Source of the DNA: a bacterium
GTDB lineage: Bacteria > Bacillota_I > Bacilli_A > RFN20 > CAG-449
DNA: 64,000 bases
Reading direction: 5' to 3'
NCBI GenBank assembly: GCA_963623095.1
Contig: CAVFKD010000002.1
Location: forward strand, 8,615 to 72,614
Shown piece after piece: positions 11,061 to 20,643 of the stretch. How positions within the stretch are numbered: position 1 is the stretch's first letter; the number at the start of each line of letters is the position of its first letter. The notes under the pieces are model-generated. The model had not been told where the DNA came from and ran no database searches. It saw nothing but the letters and a program-made list of their open reading frames with translations. The translations under genes were made by a program, and so were the position numbers.

Positions 11061-12089
11061 CTAATAATGAACTTTCTTGCTACTGACATATAAGTTAATT
11101 GCAGTAACAACTAAGATAATACCAAATAAGATTAATGATGCCGCGGATGCTGTACCATAACTATTAGATGAGATAGCTTTATAAACATAACCAACAATAG
11201 TCATTAATGATCCATCACCTGCAGGACCCATGTCTTCACCGAAAACACCAACGATTGATGAATATTCTTTAAATCCACCAATAAAACCTGTAATAACAAC
11301 ATAAGCAATCATTGGAGAAAGTAATGGGACTGTAATTCGCCAGAATACTCTCCATCTTGAAGCACCATCAATTTTTGCTGCTTCATAATATTGTTTACTA
11401 ACACCTTGTAATCCACCAAGTAAAATTAAGATTTTAAATGGTAATGCGTTCCATACGATGTAAACAACCATAACTGCAATGTTTGCTACGTATGTACTTC
11501 CACCTGGATTTGTAATACTTGTACCGGAGTTAATCCAGTTTACTGGGTTACCTCCAAAAAATTGAATAATATTATTAATAATACCCCATGATTGAGCTGT
11601 GTAGCCCATTCTAACTCCAGCAGAGTTAGTATAGATATTATAAACTGTTAATGTACCTGAATATGTATCTGCATTAACTTGTGATAAACCAACGATATTA
11701 AACATCATTGCGAATACCATACCGATTGCGATTGAGTTTGTAACATAAGGTAAGAAATAAATTGTTTGAAGTACTTTACCTAAACGATTGATTGAATTTA
11801 AACAAACTGCAACAAGTAACGCTAAGAAGCAAGATAATGGAACAGTTAGCACACATAGTAAGACTGTATTTTTTAAACATGTTAAGAAATCTTTATACAT
11901 GATAACTTTAGAGAAGTTTGATACACCGAATGCATATTGTTCTCCACCGATATCACCTAAAGGTTGATAACCTTCTAGGAAAGAAATTCTAACAGTATTG
12001 ATAATAGGATATACTGTAAATACCGCTAATAGAATTAAAGCAGGTAATAAGTAAATCCAAGCTTTCCAATTTTGTTTTGAATCTACCAT
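11061..12089 (-). CDS. ABC transporter permease (MalF/UgpA-type)
   Basis: Multi-TM protein with EAA loop EAAKIDGASRWRVFWRITVPLLSP. Confidence 0.85.
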   Translation of the reverse strand: MVDSKQNWKAWIYLLPALILLAVFTVYPIINTVRISFLEGYQPLGDIGGEQYAFGVSNFSKVIMYKDFLTCLKNTVLLCVLTVPLSCFLALLVAVCLNSINRLGKVLQTIYFLPYVTNSIAIGMVFAMMFNIVGLSQVNADTYSGTLTVYNIYTNSAGVRMGYTAQSWGIINNIIQFFGGNPVNWINSGTSITNPGGSTYVANIAVMVVYIVWNALPFKILILLGGLQGVSKQYYEAAKIDGASRWRVFWRITVPLLSPMIAYVVITGFIGGFKEYSSIVGVFGEDMGPAGDGSLMTIVGYVYKAISSNSYGTASAASLILFGIILVVTAINLYVSSKKVHY

Positions 12090-12099
12090 AATTTACCCC

Positions 12100-13236
12100 T
12101 TATTTTGTTTCTTCTACTTCTTCATTGCCTACAGTTGCACGAACTTCGTCAGCAGAATAAATTCTTTCTTCTGATTCTTTATTAAATAAGAATACTTTAT
12201 GTGGTTTTAATGAGAAATGAACATAACCATTTTGATCAGGAGTTACAACTGTTGTTGCATCAATAATACTTCTAACAATTGCAGCTTCACTTGCTGGATG
12301 AGTTGAAACGATTGAACTATCTCTACCCATAACTTCAACAGATTTTAATGTTGTCTTTAATGGTCCGTTCTTATCTAAGATAAATCCTTCTGGTCTAATA
12401 CCGATATAGATTTCTTGATCTGGAGCATCTTTTTCAAAAATTGGAGTATCATCACCATCTAAGTAAACTTTTCCATCTTTTAATACACCTGTAAATACGT
12501 TAATTGGAGGTGTACCTAAGAATTTAGCAACGAATAAGTTAACTGGTGAATCATAAACTGTTTGAGGAACATCAACTTGTTGAATGACACCTTTTTTCAT
12601 AACAACGATTAAGTCTGAAATACTCATAGCTTCTTCTTGGTCGTGAGTAACGAAGACTGTTGTAACATTTGTATCACGTTGAATTCTTCTAATTTCTTCA
12701 CGAGTTTGAAGTCTTAATCTAGCATCAAGGTTAGATAATGGTTCATCAAGTAATAAGACGTTTGGATTTTTAACAATCGCTCTTGCAATAGCAACACGTT
12801 GTTGTTGACCACCTGATAATTCAGAAGGTTTTCTTTCAAGTAAATCATCAATTTGAACAAGTCTTGCTGCTTCAACAACTCTATTCATGATTTCTGATTT
12901 TGACATCTTTTGATTTTGTAAAGGGAACATAATGTTTTGCTTTACTGTCATATGTGGATATAAAGCATAGTTTTGGAAAACTAAACCAACACCACGTTTT
13001 TCTGGTGGAAGATTTGTTACATCTTCATCACCGAAATAAATGTGACCTGAACTTGGTTTTTGTAAACCACTTAACATATATAATGTTGTTGATTTACCGC
13101 AACCAGAAGGACCAAGTAAGCCAATTAATTTGCCATCTGGTATTTCATAGTTGAAATCATTGACAGCGATAACTTCTGAGCCATCTTTCTTTCTACTTGG
13201 AAATATTTTTGTTAAATGTTCAATTCTAACTTTCAT
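12100..13236 (-). CDS. ABC transporter ATP-binding protein (MalK/UgpC/MsmX-type)
   Basis: Walker A GPSGCGKST, signature LSGGQQQR, Walker B LLLDEPLS, and a C-terminal regulatory (TOBE-like) domain. Confidence 0.9.
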   Translation of the reverse strand: MKVRIEHLTKIFPSRKKDGSEVIAVNDFNYEIPDGKLIGLLGPSGCGKSTTLYMLSGLQKPSSGHIYFGDEDVTNLPPEKRGVGLVFQNYALYPHMTVKQNIMFPLQNQKMSKSEIMNRVVEAARLVQIDDLLERKPSELSGGQQQRVAIARAIVKNPNVLLLDEPLSNLDARLRLQTREEIRRIQRDTNVTTVFVTHDQEEAMSISDLIVVMKKGVIQQVDVPQTVYDSPVNLFVAKFLGTPPINVFTGVLKDGKVYLDGDDTPIFEKDAPDQEIYIGIRPEGFILDKNGPLKTTLKSVEVMGRDSSIVSTHPASEAAIVRSIIDATTVVTPDQNGYVHFSLKPHKVFLFNKESEERIYSADEVRATVGNEEVEETK

Positions 13237-13254
13237 TTTAACTTCTCCCTATTA

Positions 13255-14199
13255 TTAATTTGCATCTACATCTAATTCGTAGATAACTTTGTAATTTGCA
13301 GTTTTTGTAAGAGTGCCACGTGCAGTAACAAATTTACCGACTAAAATTTGTTCAGCATCATCAGCTGCGTTTTTATTAATTACACTTTTGTAAGTACTAT
13401 CTACATCTGAAGCAAATTTTGTATTATAAACTTCAAATTGTTTATTTACATCAGTTTCGCCTTCAGTTTCGATACGATAGACTAATGTGTAATTACCATT
13501 GGTATCTTGAATTTTTTCTACTTTTGTAACTTTACCAACAACATTGTAATATTCTGTTGTTGCTTCCCCGTAATCAAGATTACTCCATATACCTGTGATT
13601 TCAGCATCACCTGGATTATATGTTCCCTCTTCTTTTGCATAAGTATCTTCAACTTTTGTAATATTTGTTTGGCCAGTAGGAGTTTCCATTCTTCCATAAT
13701 AGCCATCCATAATTGAATAACTTACAAATTGACAATTCTTTGTATCTGATACTATTGAATAAAGTAATTCAGGTGTTGTCATTGAATAATTTTCATAAAT
13801 ATTATTCTTTAATTGTTCATAAGCGGATAGTGATGATTTCAATTTGTTGTTACAATCATTAATGTTTGAGTTTGTACCATAATAAACAACTTTGAATTGT
13901 TCATTGGAATCATTGAATCCTTCCATTGATATAACTGGCAATTTTTCTTCTCTAGGATCGCCCCATTTATCAACTGTCATAACAGTTTTGATTTCGTAGC
14001 TAACCCTTTTAACATCAAGTGATTTAACTTGATATTCTTTGTCCAGTTCGGCATTCACTTTTTTAACTAGTAATGTCTCAAGCTCAGATTCTTTGTTCTT
14101 TGCACTGACTTTACTAGGAACACCTTCGCAGACAGCCCAAACAAGGCCGATCAATGCGACACCCCCGATAATTATTGCGCCCAATACTCTTTCTTGCAT
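13255..14199 (-). CDS. Membrane-anchored extracytoplasmic protein of unknown function (first gene of ABC/nuclease operon)
   Basis: ORF track gives 13255..14217. ATG 14199 (MQERVLGAIIIGGVALIG...) is preferred because AAAGGGGA precedes it. Single N-terminal TM helix. I recognise no family. Confidence 0.55.
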   Translation of the reverse strand: MQERVLGAIIIGGVALIGLVWAVCEGVPSKVSAKNKESELETLLVKKVNAELDKEYQVKSLDVKRVSYEIKTVMTVDKWGDPREEKLPVISMEGFNDSNEQFKVVYYGTNSNINDCNNKLKSSLSAYEQLKNNIYENYSMTTPELLYSIVSDTKNCQFVSYSIMDGYYGRMETPTGQTNITKVEDTYAKEEGTYNPGDAEITGIWSNLDYGEATTEYYNVVGKVTKVEKIQDTNGNYTLVYRIETEGETDVNKQFEVYNTKFASDVDSTYKSVINKNAADDAEQILVGKFVTARGTLTKTANYKVIYELDVDAN

Positions 14200-14246
14200 A
14201 ATTTCCCCTTTCACCATAATAGCGAAATATATTATTTGCTATTATA

Positions 14247-14275
14247 ATTATAATAATTATAATGAAGTATTTCAA
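14247..14275 (-). promoter_or_regulatory. Sigma-70-type promoter of the ABC/nuclease operon
   Basis: Minus strand reads TTGAAA, 17 nt, TATAAT. The -35 box overlaps the TGA stop of the upstream RDD gene. Confidence 0.55.
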
Positions 14276-15099
14276 TAGACAATTTTCTTTGTCTTTTCTT
14301 CTTTAACTGCATCTTTGCATTTTGCTGCGTTTAAATCCTCTATATTCTTAAAATATACTTGGCAATTATTATCAACTGGCTTCATTTTTCCTATGTAGTC
14401 TGATAATAATCTTTTATCTTTAGTTAAGAATAACATCAATAAGTTAATAATAGGTACACCTAGAACAAATGCTAATCCTATCAATACAAGTCCTGTTTGA
14501 TATATTATTAGTAATACCCCCGTATAAGGAATAACTGCATTAACTATTAATTTTCCAAATAAGAATTTAATTGTAACATTCTTAAGTGACACATCTAAGT
14601 CATCTTCATTGACATATCCTATACCAAATAAGAATTTACCTAATGTTCTACCATGCTTTAAGCAAAGAGGTAAAATAAATTCAAATACCAATAATGAACT
14701 TGCTAGACCTATTGATGTAATAACAATTGGACCTAAATTCATTTTGTAATAATTATCTTTAAATGTTTTATCACTCGTTAAGGCTTTTATTCTTGAATTA
14801 GCTTCTTCTTCAGTTAAAGACTTATCTTCTGTACAAATGATATACGTCTTTCCATCATAAGTTATATTGCCTTCATCACTAGGAACATATACACCATAAT
14901 CAATTTGAGCTTGATATACAGCATTATAGTATTTATCGTAGTTATATATTTTACTAACTAAAAAAGCAATTCCGGACGCCAAAACAATCACCATGATTAC
15001 ATCGATTACCAAAGCGGCAAATCGCTTAACCATTGGAGGTTTTTTTGGAACGTATATGGAATTGTAGTTTACTTTTTCAGTTTTTGTTTGCGAATCCAT
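14272..15099 (-). CDS. RDD-family membrane protein
   Basis: N-terminal KRFAALVIDVIMVIVL motif, polytopic, and GRTLGKFLFGI, typical of the RDD domain. Confidence 0.7.
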   Translation of the reverse strand: MDSQTKTEKVNYNSIYVPKKPPMVKRFAALVIDVIMVIVLASGIAFLVSKIYNYDKYYNAVYQAQIDYGVYVPSDEGNITYDGKTYIICTEDKSLTEEEANSRIKALTSDKTFKDNYYKMNLGPIVITSIGLASSLLVFEFILPLCLKHGRTLGKFLFGIGYVNEDDLDVSLKNVTIKFLFGKLIVNAVIPYTGVLLIIYQTGLVLIGLAFVLGVPIINLLMLFLTKDKRLLSDYIGKMKPVDNNCQVYFKNIEDLNAAKCKDAVKEEKTKKIVY

Positions 15100-15101
15100 G
15101 A

Positions 15102-16184
15102 TTAATCCTTATTGCTTTCATCTATATTTTCATTATTAGTTATATTTGTTGTATCCCTATCATCAACATTATATCTATAAGCATCGTTATTTGTAAATGT
15201 TTCATTATTAGTATTATCATTTTCATTACTTTCTTTTCCATCATCATAAGTAATGACAATATCATCATTAATGTTATCGTTTTTCATTTCAGCATATGAA
15301 TTGCAAACAACTAATGTACCTGCGATCATATCATGAATAGTTTGACGTTTTGGTGAGAATACCATAATGCCAATTTGAATTAAAATTGTAATACCAAATG
15401 TAAAGATACCAAAAGCAATACATAATAACGCAAAGAATACAAATCTAATAAATAATTTAAATTTAGAAGCATTATTACCAGTTTTTGCATCTACTACTCT
15501 CATTTGTAAAACACGTTTACCGATAGTTGCCCCATCTTTAAAGATCATTGGGAATAGTAAGAATGTAATTAACGCTGCAGGAATTACACTTATAATATAA
15601 ATAAGTCTAATATAAGAATTTAATTTTGTAGAATATTCTAAAGTTTTTGTATCATGCGCTAAAAAGTCATCCGCGGCAGTTTGTAAGCATGTTTTAAAAT
15701 AAGAAGTAATATTAGCTTCTATTGTGCCATCACTATCAGTCGCGTGAGTATAACTTCCATTAGTTGCATCATAAATAAAATATGGTGTTTCTAATTTATT
15801 TCCATCACTATCTACATAAACATCAGATTTAACTCTATATAATTCTAAGAATGATGTAGATGTATATTTAGTTTTTAATTCATCTGAATCAGTTAAGTTT
15901 TCAGAAGAAACATTTTCATAATAATATTTTAAATTGCTTTCATAATCACTAGCTTGATATGATAAAGTCCCATTTTCAGAATATAAAGTAAATAATTTAG
16001 TATTAGTTAATCTAGTATTATATTCATTAAGAACAGTAGTATAATCAGTCGCAGCATTAAAAATAGGTTGTGCAATAAATTGAACTGTTAGAAAGAACAA
16101 AGAAATAAAGATAATAAAATCAAGAAGCATAGAACATAATCTTCTAAAGATACTTACTCTTTTTAGATTAACACTTTGTTTCAT
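15102..16184 (-). CDS. RDD-family membrane protein with Asn/Asp-rich C-terminal tail
   Basis: Contains FRRLCSMLLDFIIF, GKRVLQMRVVD and TIHDMIAGTLVV. Low-complexity tail NENDNTNNETFTNND... Confidence 0.7.
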   Translation of the reverse strand: MKQSVNLKRVSIFRRLCSMLLDFIIFISLFFLTVQFIAQPIFNAATDYTTVLNEYNTRLTNTKLFTLYSENGTLSYQASDYESNLKYYYENVSSENLTDSDELKTKYTSTSFLELYRVKSDVYVDSDGNKLETPYFIYDATNGSYTHATDSDGTIEANITSYFKTCLQTAADDFLAHDTKTLEYSTKLNSYIRLIYIISVIPAALITFLLFPMIFKDGATIGKRVLQMRVVDAKTGNNASKFKLFIRFVFFALLCIAFGIFTFGITILIQIGIMVFSPKRQTIHDMIAGTLVVCNSYAEMKNDNINDDIVITYDDGKESNENDNTNNETFTNNDAYRYNVDDRDTTNITNNENIDESNKD

Positions 16185-16213
16185 GTTCGTTTCCTCCGTA
16201 GTATAGTGATATA

Positions 16214-16242
16214 ATTATCTCATAGAGATAAATATATTGCAA
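16214..16242 (-). promoter_or_regulatory. Candidate promoter of RDD gene pair
   Basis: Minus strand reads TTGCAA, 17 nt, GATAAT, about 30 nt upstream of the GGAGGAAAC SD. Confidence 0.45.
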
Positions 16243-16320
16243 CATGGAAAAAATAAATATTTGGTTAAAATTTACTCATAAAATACATTTAATAGACCTT
16301 TATTATAATTTATAAAAGCA

Positions 16321-16347
16321 AAAGAAAAACCTAGTCACAAGACTAGG
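16321..16347 (-). terminator. Terminator after tRNA-Lys
   Basis: Minus strand reads CCTAGTC-TTGT-GACTAGG followed by TTTTTCTTT. Confidence 0.75.
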
Positions 16348-16360
16348 CATAATTTCAAGA

Positions 16361-16436
16361 TGGTGCGCCTCCGGAGACTCGAACTCCGGGCCCACTGATT
16401 AAGAGTCAGTTGCTCTACCAACTGAGCTAGAGGCGC
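16361..16436 (-). tRNA. tRNA-Lys (anticodon CUU), CCA encoded
   Basis: Reverse complement is GCGCCTCTAGCTCAGTTGGTAGAGCAACTGACTCTTAATCAGTGGGCCCGGAGTTCGAGTCTCCGGAGGCGCACCA. It folds as a cloverleaf: acceptor GCGCCTC/GAGGCGC, anticodon stem ACTGA/TCAGT, loop CT-CTT-AA, and T-arm GTTCGAGTC. Confidence 0.93.
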
Positions 16437-16447
16437 ATTGCTTATGT

Positions 16448-16476
16448 ATAATATAATAATTTAGATAATATTTCAA
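16448..16476 (-). promoter_or_regulatory. Promoter of tRNA-Lys
   Basis: Minus strand reads TTGAAA, 17 nt, TATTAT, ending 11 nt before the tRNA 5' end. Confidence 0.55.
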
Positions 16477-16510
16477 GAATTTAATAAAAGTTTTTAAATT
16501 TTGAAACTAA

Positions 16511-16530
16511 AAGCAGGTATTAACCTGCTT
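16511..16530 (-). terminator. Possible terminator after udk
   Basis: Hairpin AAGCAGGT-TAAT-ACCTGCTT overlaps the udk stop codon. The downstream T-run is weak (TTTAGTTTC). Confidence 0.45.
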
Positions 16531-17155
16531 ATTTGTTTTCGTTTAAAACTGATTTAATTTTTTGAATAATAATATCAGTTGCGACATTGTGTTCATAATC
16601 ATTTGGAATAATAACATCTGCATATCTCTTTGTTGGAGAAACAAATAAATGATGCATAGGTTTTACAGTTGTTAAATATTGATTAATGATATTTTCAAAA
16701 GATCTACCTCTTTCAACCATATCTCTTTGAATACGTCTAATAAGTCTTAAATCCATATCGCATTCAACATAAATCTTAATATCCGCGAGATCTCTAATTC
16801 TTGCATCTTCTAAAATTAAAATGCCGTCGAGTAATATAACCTTTGCAGGTTCGATTCTTTCAGTCTTAGGGCTTCTATTTTGTACAACAAAGTCATAAAT
16901 AGGTTTATCAATAGCTTCACCATTTATAAGCATGTTTAAATGTTTTACTAATAAATCATTTTCTAATGCTGAAGGATGATCATAGTTAGTCTTTCTTCTT
17001 TCTTCTCTAGAAAGATGTGATTGATCTTTATAATAATCATCATGTTTAATAACTACTACATCTTCATCAACAAATGCATGTTTAATTTCTTCAATAACTG
17101 TGGTTTTTCCACTTGCAGATCCACCTGCAACCGCAATAATAATAGGTTTACTCAT
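16529..17155 (-). CDS. udk: Uridine kinase
   Basis: P-loop IIAVAGGSASGKTT and udk-type body (DDYYKD, NYDHPSA). Confidence 0.9.
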   Translation of the reverse strand: MSKPIIIAVAGGSASGKTTVIEEIKHAFVDEDVVVIKHDDYYKDQSHLSREERRKTNYDHPSALENDLLVKHLNMLINGEAIDKPIYDFVVQNRSPKTERIEPAKVILLDGILILEDARIRDLADIKIYVECDMDLRLIRRIQRDMVERGRSFENIINQYLTTVKPMHHLFVSPTKRYADVIIPNDYEHNVATDIIIQKIKSVLNENK

Positions 17156-17222
17156 AAAATAAATCTCCCCGTTAGATATTATATCTATAATCTAAAATAA
17201 ATACATTAAAAAATTAGAAAAA

Positions 17223-17249
17223 CAAAAAAGAAGGACCAAAGTCCTTCTT
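17223..17249 (-). terminator. Terminator after rplQ (end of alpha operon)
   Basis: Minus strand reads AAGAAGGAC-TTTG-GTCCTTCTT followed by TTTTGTTTTT. Confidence 0.8.
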
Positions 17250-17264
17250 AGAATGTTAATTAAA

Positions 17265-17669
17265 TTATTTAACAAAAGAGACAATGCACATAGGAGCGTT
17301 ATCGCCACGTCTATTTGCAATTTTTAAAACTCTTGTGTAACCGCCATTACGATCTTTGTAAGATGGAGCGATTTCTTCAAATAATTTCTTTAAAGCTGTA
17401 ACGTGATTTGCTTCATCAGCCCAAACATCACGAATTTTAGCTGCTGCAAGTCTTCTTGAATTTAAGCTACCTTCTTTACCATAAGTAACTAATCTATCAG
17501 CATATGCTTTTAAATCACGTGCTGTTGCAGCTGTACAAGTAACACTACCTTTGACAATTAAGTCTGTAGCAAGTGTTCTTAACATTGATTCATATTTGCT
17601 TTTAGTATAAGCAGCTTTAGATCTTACGCCGCCTTTACCATGAACATTTTTACGTCCTTGAGTTTTCAT
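17265..17669 (-). CDS. rplQ: 50S ribosomal protein L17 (divergent, extended N-terminus)
   Basis: Lies after rpoA. Contains MLRTLATDLI and a GGYTRV C-terminus. Confidence 0.92.
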   Translation of the reverse strand: MKTQGRKNVHGKGGVRSKAAYTKSKYESMLRTLATDLIVKGSVTCTAATARDLKAYADRLVTYGKEGSLNSRRLAAAKIRDVWADEANHVTALKKLFEEIAPSYKDRNGGYTRVLKIANRRGDNAPMCIVSFVK

Positions 17670-17687
17670 GAGTTAACCTCTACCTCC

Positions 17688-18644
17688 CTATTCGTATTCT
17701 CTGAAGCCAAGACCAATTGATTGTAATTTTTCTTTAACTTCTTTGAGTGATTTTTTACCAAGATTTCTGACTTTCATCATATCTTCTTCTGTCTTTTGTG
17801 TTAATTCCATAACTGTAGCGATGTTTGCTCTTTTTAAACAGTTTTGTGAACGGACAGATAAATCTAAATCATCGATAGACATATCTTGATATTTATTCTT
17901 TGGTTCTTCTTTTGCTTCAGCAAGAACATCTTCAGAAGTTGCGATTTCACTTAAGTTAACGAATAAATCAAAGTGAGCAACTAAGATTTTTGCTGCTAAT
18001 GCAATAGCGTCATGTGGTAACATGGAACCATTTGTTTGAATGTTAATTGTGAGCTTGTCATAATTGTTATCATGACCTACTCTAGTTTGTTCTACTTCGT
18101 AAGAACATTTGATTATTGGAGAATAATTTGAATCAGTTGGAATAACACCGATTGGGAAATCAGCATTTAATTTTTTATTTCCTTCTGATGTAACATAACC
18201 TCTGCCATTTCTGACAAAGATTGTCATACAGAGTTTTCCACCTTCTTGAACATGTGCTAAGACTAAGTCTTTGTTGATAATTTCAACGCCTGTTGGGCAG
18301 TGGATATCTTCTGCAGTAACTTCTTTAGCTTCGTCGACATATAAAGTTAATTTATATGATTGTTCACTATCATCTGAAATCTTTAAAACTAAGTCTTTAA
18401 GAGCTAAAACGATAGATGTAACATCTTCTTCAACGCCTTCTAAAGAGGAGAATTCGTGACGTGCGCCTTCAACTTCAATTGCATAAACACTTGCACCAGG
18501 TAATGAAGAAAGAAGAACTCTTCTTAAAGCGTTACCTAATGTTAAACCGAAGCCTCTTTCAAGTGGTTCGATTACAAAGTGACCTTCAAAATTATTTGTA
18601 TTATAAGTTGCAATTTTAAATTCTGGTTTTTCAAATTTTTTCAT
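17688..18644 (-). CDS. rpoA: DNA-directed RNA polymerase subunit alpha
   Basis: Contains GFGLTLGNALRRVLLSSLPG and the C-terminal domain LDLSVRSQNCLKRANI. Confidence 0.97.
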   Translation of the reverse strand: MKKFEKPEFKIATYNTNNFEGHFVIEPLERGFGLTLGNALRRVLLSSLPGASVYAIEVEGARHEFSSLEGVEEDVTSIVLALKDLVLKISDDSEQSYKLTLYVDEAKEVTAEDIHCPTGVEIINKDLVLAHVQEGGKLCMTIFVRNGRGYVTSEGNKKLNADFPIGVIPTDSNYSPIIKCSYEVEQTRVGHDNNYDKLTINIQTNGSMLPHDAIALAAKILVAHFDLFVNLSEIATSEDVLAEAKEEPKNKYQDMSIDDLDLSVRSQNCLKRANIATVMELTQKTEEDMMKVRNLGKKSLKEVKEKLQSIGLGFREYE

Positions 18645-18691
18645 AGCGTTCCTCCCGATTATTCAAATTTGATTGTTAGTATATTCACGAA

Positions 18692-19087
18692 CTAACCACG
18701 TGGACGCTTTGGTGGGCGGCAACCATTATGAGGGATTGGAGTTGTATCAGTAATGGTTTGAATTTGTAAACCTGCTGCTTGAAGTGATCTTAAAGCTGAT
18801 TCTCTACCTGGGCCTGGACCTTTGACTTCAACGTCAATTGTCTTTAAGCCTTGGTCTAATGCAACTTTTGCGCAAGCTTCTGCTGCTAATTGAGCTGCAA
18901 ATGGTGTTGATTTTTTAGCACCTTTGAAGCCTAATGCACCAGCGCTTGACCATGCTACTGCGTTACCTGCTTCGTCAGTAATTGTAACGATTGTGTTATT
19001 GAATGTTGAGTGAATGTGAGCGACACCTTTTGTATAAGCTCTTTTAATTTTCTTTTTACGAGCTGTTGGTTTTTTAGTATTTGCCAT
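18692..19087 (-). CDS. rpsK: 30S ribosomal protein S11
   Basis: Contains [16 protein letters not shown] and a [11 protein letters not shown]-type C-terminus. Confidence 0.97.
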   Translation of the reverse strand: MANTKKPTARKKKIKRAYTKGVAHIHSTFNNTIVTITDEAGNAVAWSSAGALGFKGAKKSTPFAAQLAAEACAKVALDQGLKTIDVEVKGPGPGRESALRSLQAAGLQIQTITDTTPIPHNGCRPPKRPRG

Positions 19088-19102
19088 TTTTATTCCCTCC
19101 TA

Positions 19103-19477
19103 TTACTTAGTTGCTACTTTCTTATTAGCAATAGTCTTTCTTGGGCCTTTACATGTACGAGCATTGTTCTTTGTAGTTTGGCCACGGCATGGTAAACCAC
19201 GTCTATGTCTAATACCACGGTAACAACCAATTTCTTGTAATCTCTTAATGTTTAAAGCTACTTCTCTACGAAGATCACCTTCTGTTTTGACTTTGCTTAA
19301 TTCATTTCTAATAGCAGTCATTTGTTCTTCTGTTAAATCTTTAACTCTGATTGTTGGATCAACTTTTGCATCAGCGCAAGCTTTCTTTGCTGTGTTAATA
19401 CCAACACCATAAATATAAGTTAATGAATATGCGACTTGTTTGTCGTTTGGAATATCTACACCTAAAATACGTGCCAT
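19103..19477 (-). CDS. rpsM: 30S ribosomal protein S13
   Basis: Starts [10 protein letters not shown] and contains [11 protein letters not shown]. Confidence 0.97.
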   Translation of the reverse strand: MARILGVDIPNDKQVAYSLTYIYGVGINTAKKACADAKVDPTIRVKDLTEEQMTAIRNELSKVKTEGDLRREVALNIKRLQEIGCYRGIRHRRGLPCRGQTTKNNARTCKGPRKTIANKKVATK

Positions 19478-19498
19478 ATTTCTAAATTCCTCCTAAAA

Positions 19499-19612
19499 TT
19501 AACCTTGTCTTTGCTTGTGCTTTGGGTTGATACAGATGACCATTACACGGCCTTTTCTTCTGATAACCTTGCACTTGTCGCAAATTGGTTTTACTGAAGG
19601 TCTAACTTTCAT
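19499..19612 (-). CDS. rpmJ: 50S ribosomal protein L36 (37 aa, zinc-type)
   Basis: Below the ORF-track size cutoff. Own translation: [37 protein letters not shown]. Lies in the canonical infA-rpmJ-rpsM position. Confidence 0.93.
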   Translation of the reverse strand: MKVRPSVKPICDKCKVIRRKGRVMVICINPKHKQRQG

Positions 19613-19656
19613 AAATTTTTCCTCCTAAATAACTAGTTTTATGTTCTAGCCGATAC

Positions 19657-19875
19657 CTATTTGTATCTAAATGTTATTCTTCCACGTGTTAAATCATATG
19701 GTGAAATTTCAACTGTAACTCTATCACCTGGTAAGATGCGAATGTAATTCATACGGATTTTACCAGAAACGTGGGCGAGAATTACCACACCATTTTCTAG
19801 TCTGACATTAAACATTGCGTTTGGTAATGTTTCGACTACGACAGCTTCGACTTCTATGACGTCAGTTTTTGCCAT
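19657..19875 (-). CDS. infA: Translation initiation factor IF-1
   Basis: 72 aa. Contains [16 protein letters not shown]. Confidence 0.96.
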   Translation of the reverse strand: MAKTDVIEVEAVVVETLPNAMFNVRLENGVVILAHVSGKIRMNYIRILPGDRVTVEISPYDLTRGRITFRYK

Positions 19876-19878
19876 TCT

Positions 19879-20640
19879 TTAAATTTCTCCTTCTTCATGC
19901 TTTGTAAGGATTTCATAACCATCCTTAGTAATAACGATTGAATTTTCATAATGAGCAGCGAGTTTATGATCAACTGTAACTGCAGTCCAACCATCTTTCA
20001 ATACGCGAGTTTCCTTACGTCCTTGTAAGATAATAGGTTCAACAGCAATTGTCATACCTTCGCGAAGAACCATACCTGTATTTGGTATTCCAAAATTTGG
20101 AATTGTTGGATCTTCATGCATGTCTCTACCTAATCCATGACCTGTATAATCGTGAGTAACACTGAAACCATTTTTTTCAGCATGAGCTTGAATCGCATGA
20201 GATATATCTCCAACTCTCGCTCCTGGTTTTACAACCTTCATTGCTTCAAAGAAGCATTCTTTTGTTACTTCAACTAATTTTTGAGCCATTGGAGAAACTT
20301 CTCCAACCATGTAGGTTCTACATGCATCAGCCATATAACCTTGGTATTGAACAACAATATCAAGTGAGATTATATCGCCTGATTTTAATTTTACGGATGA
20401 TGGAATTCCATGTACTACTACATCATTGATTGATGCGCATATTGCTGCAGGATAACCATAATAGCCTTTTTCTGCAGGAATAGCCCCGGCATCACGAATC
20501 ACCTTTTCCGCGACCTCGGAAAGGTGTTTCGTTGTTGTACCAGGAATACATAATGGTTCCAAAACATCAAATACTGTAGCTAAGATATCTCCAGCTTTTT
20601 TCATAAGTGTGATTTCTCTACTAGATTTGATTGTAACCAT
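19879..20640 (-). CDS. map: Methionine aminopeptidase type I
   Basis: Contains VVHGIP, DACRT, GHGLGRDMHE and AHYENS. Confidence 0.95.
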   Translation of the reverse strand: MVTIKSSREITLMKKAGDILATVFDVLEPLCIPGTTTKHLSEVAEKVIRDAGAIPAEKGYYGYPAAICASINDVVVHGIPSSVKLKSGDIISLDIVVQYQGYMADACRTYMVGEVSPMAQKLVEVTKECFFEAMKVVKPGARVGDISHAIQAHAEKNGFSVTHDYTGHGLGRDMHEDPTIPNFGIPNTGMVLREGMTIAVEPIILQGRKETRVLKDGWTAVTVDHKLAAHYENSIVITKDGYEILTKHEEGEI

Positions 20641-20643
20641 AAA

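Noticed and set aside
16361-16436. tRNA-Lys as an integration site for a genomic island covering the downstream RDD, ABC and nuclease genes.
   Set aside because: No integrase, no direct repeat of the tRNA 3' end and no phage or plasmid genes were found downstream within the window.
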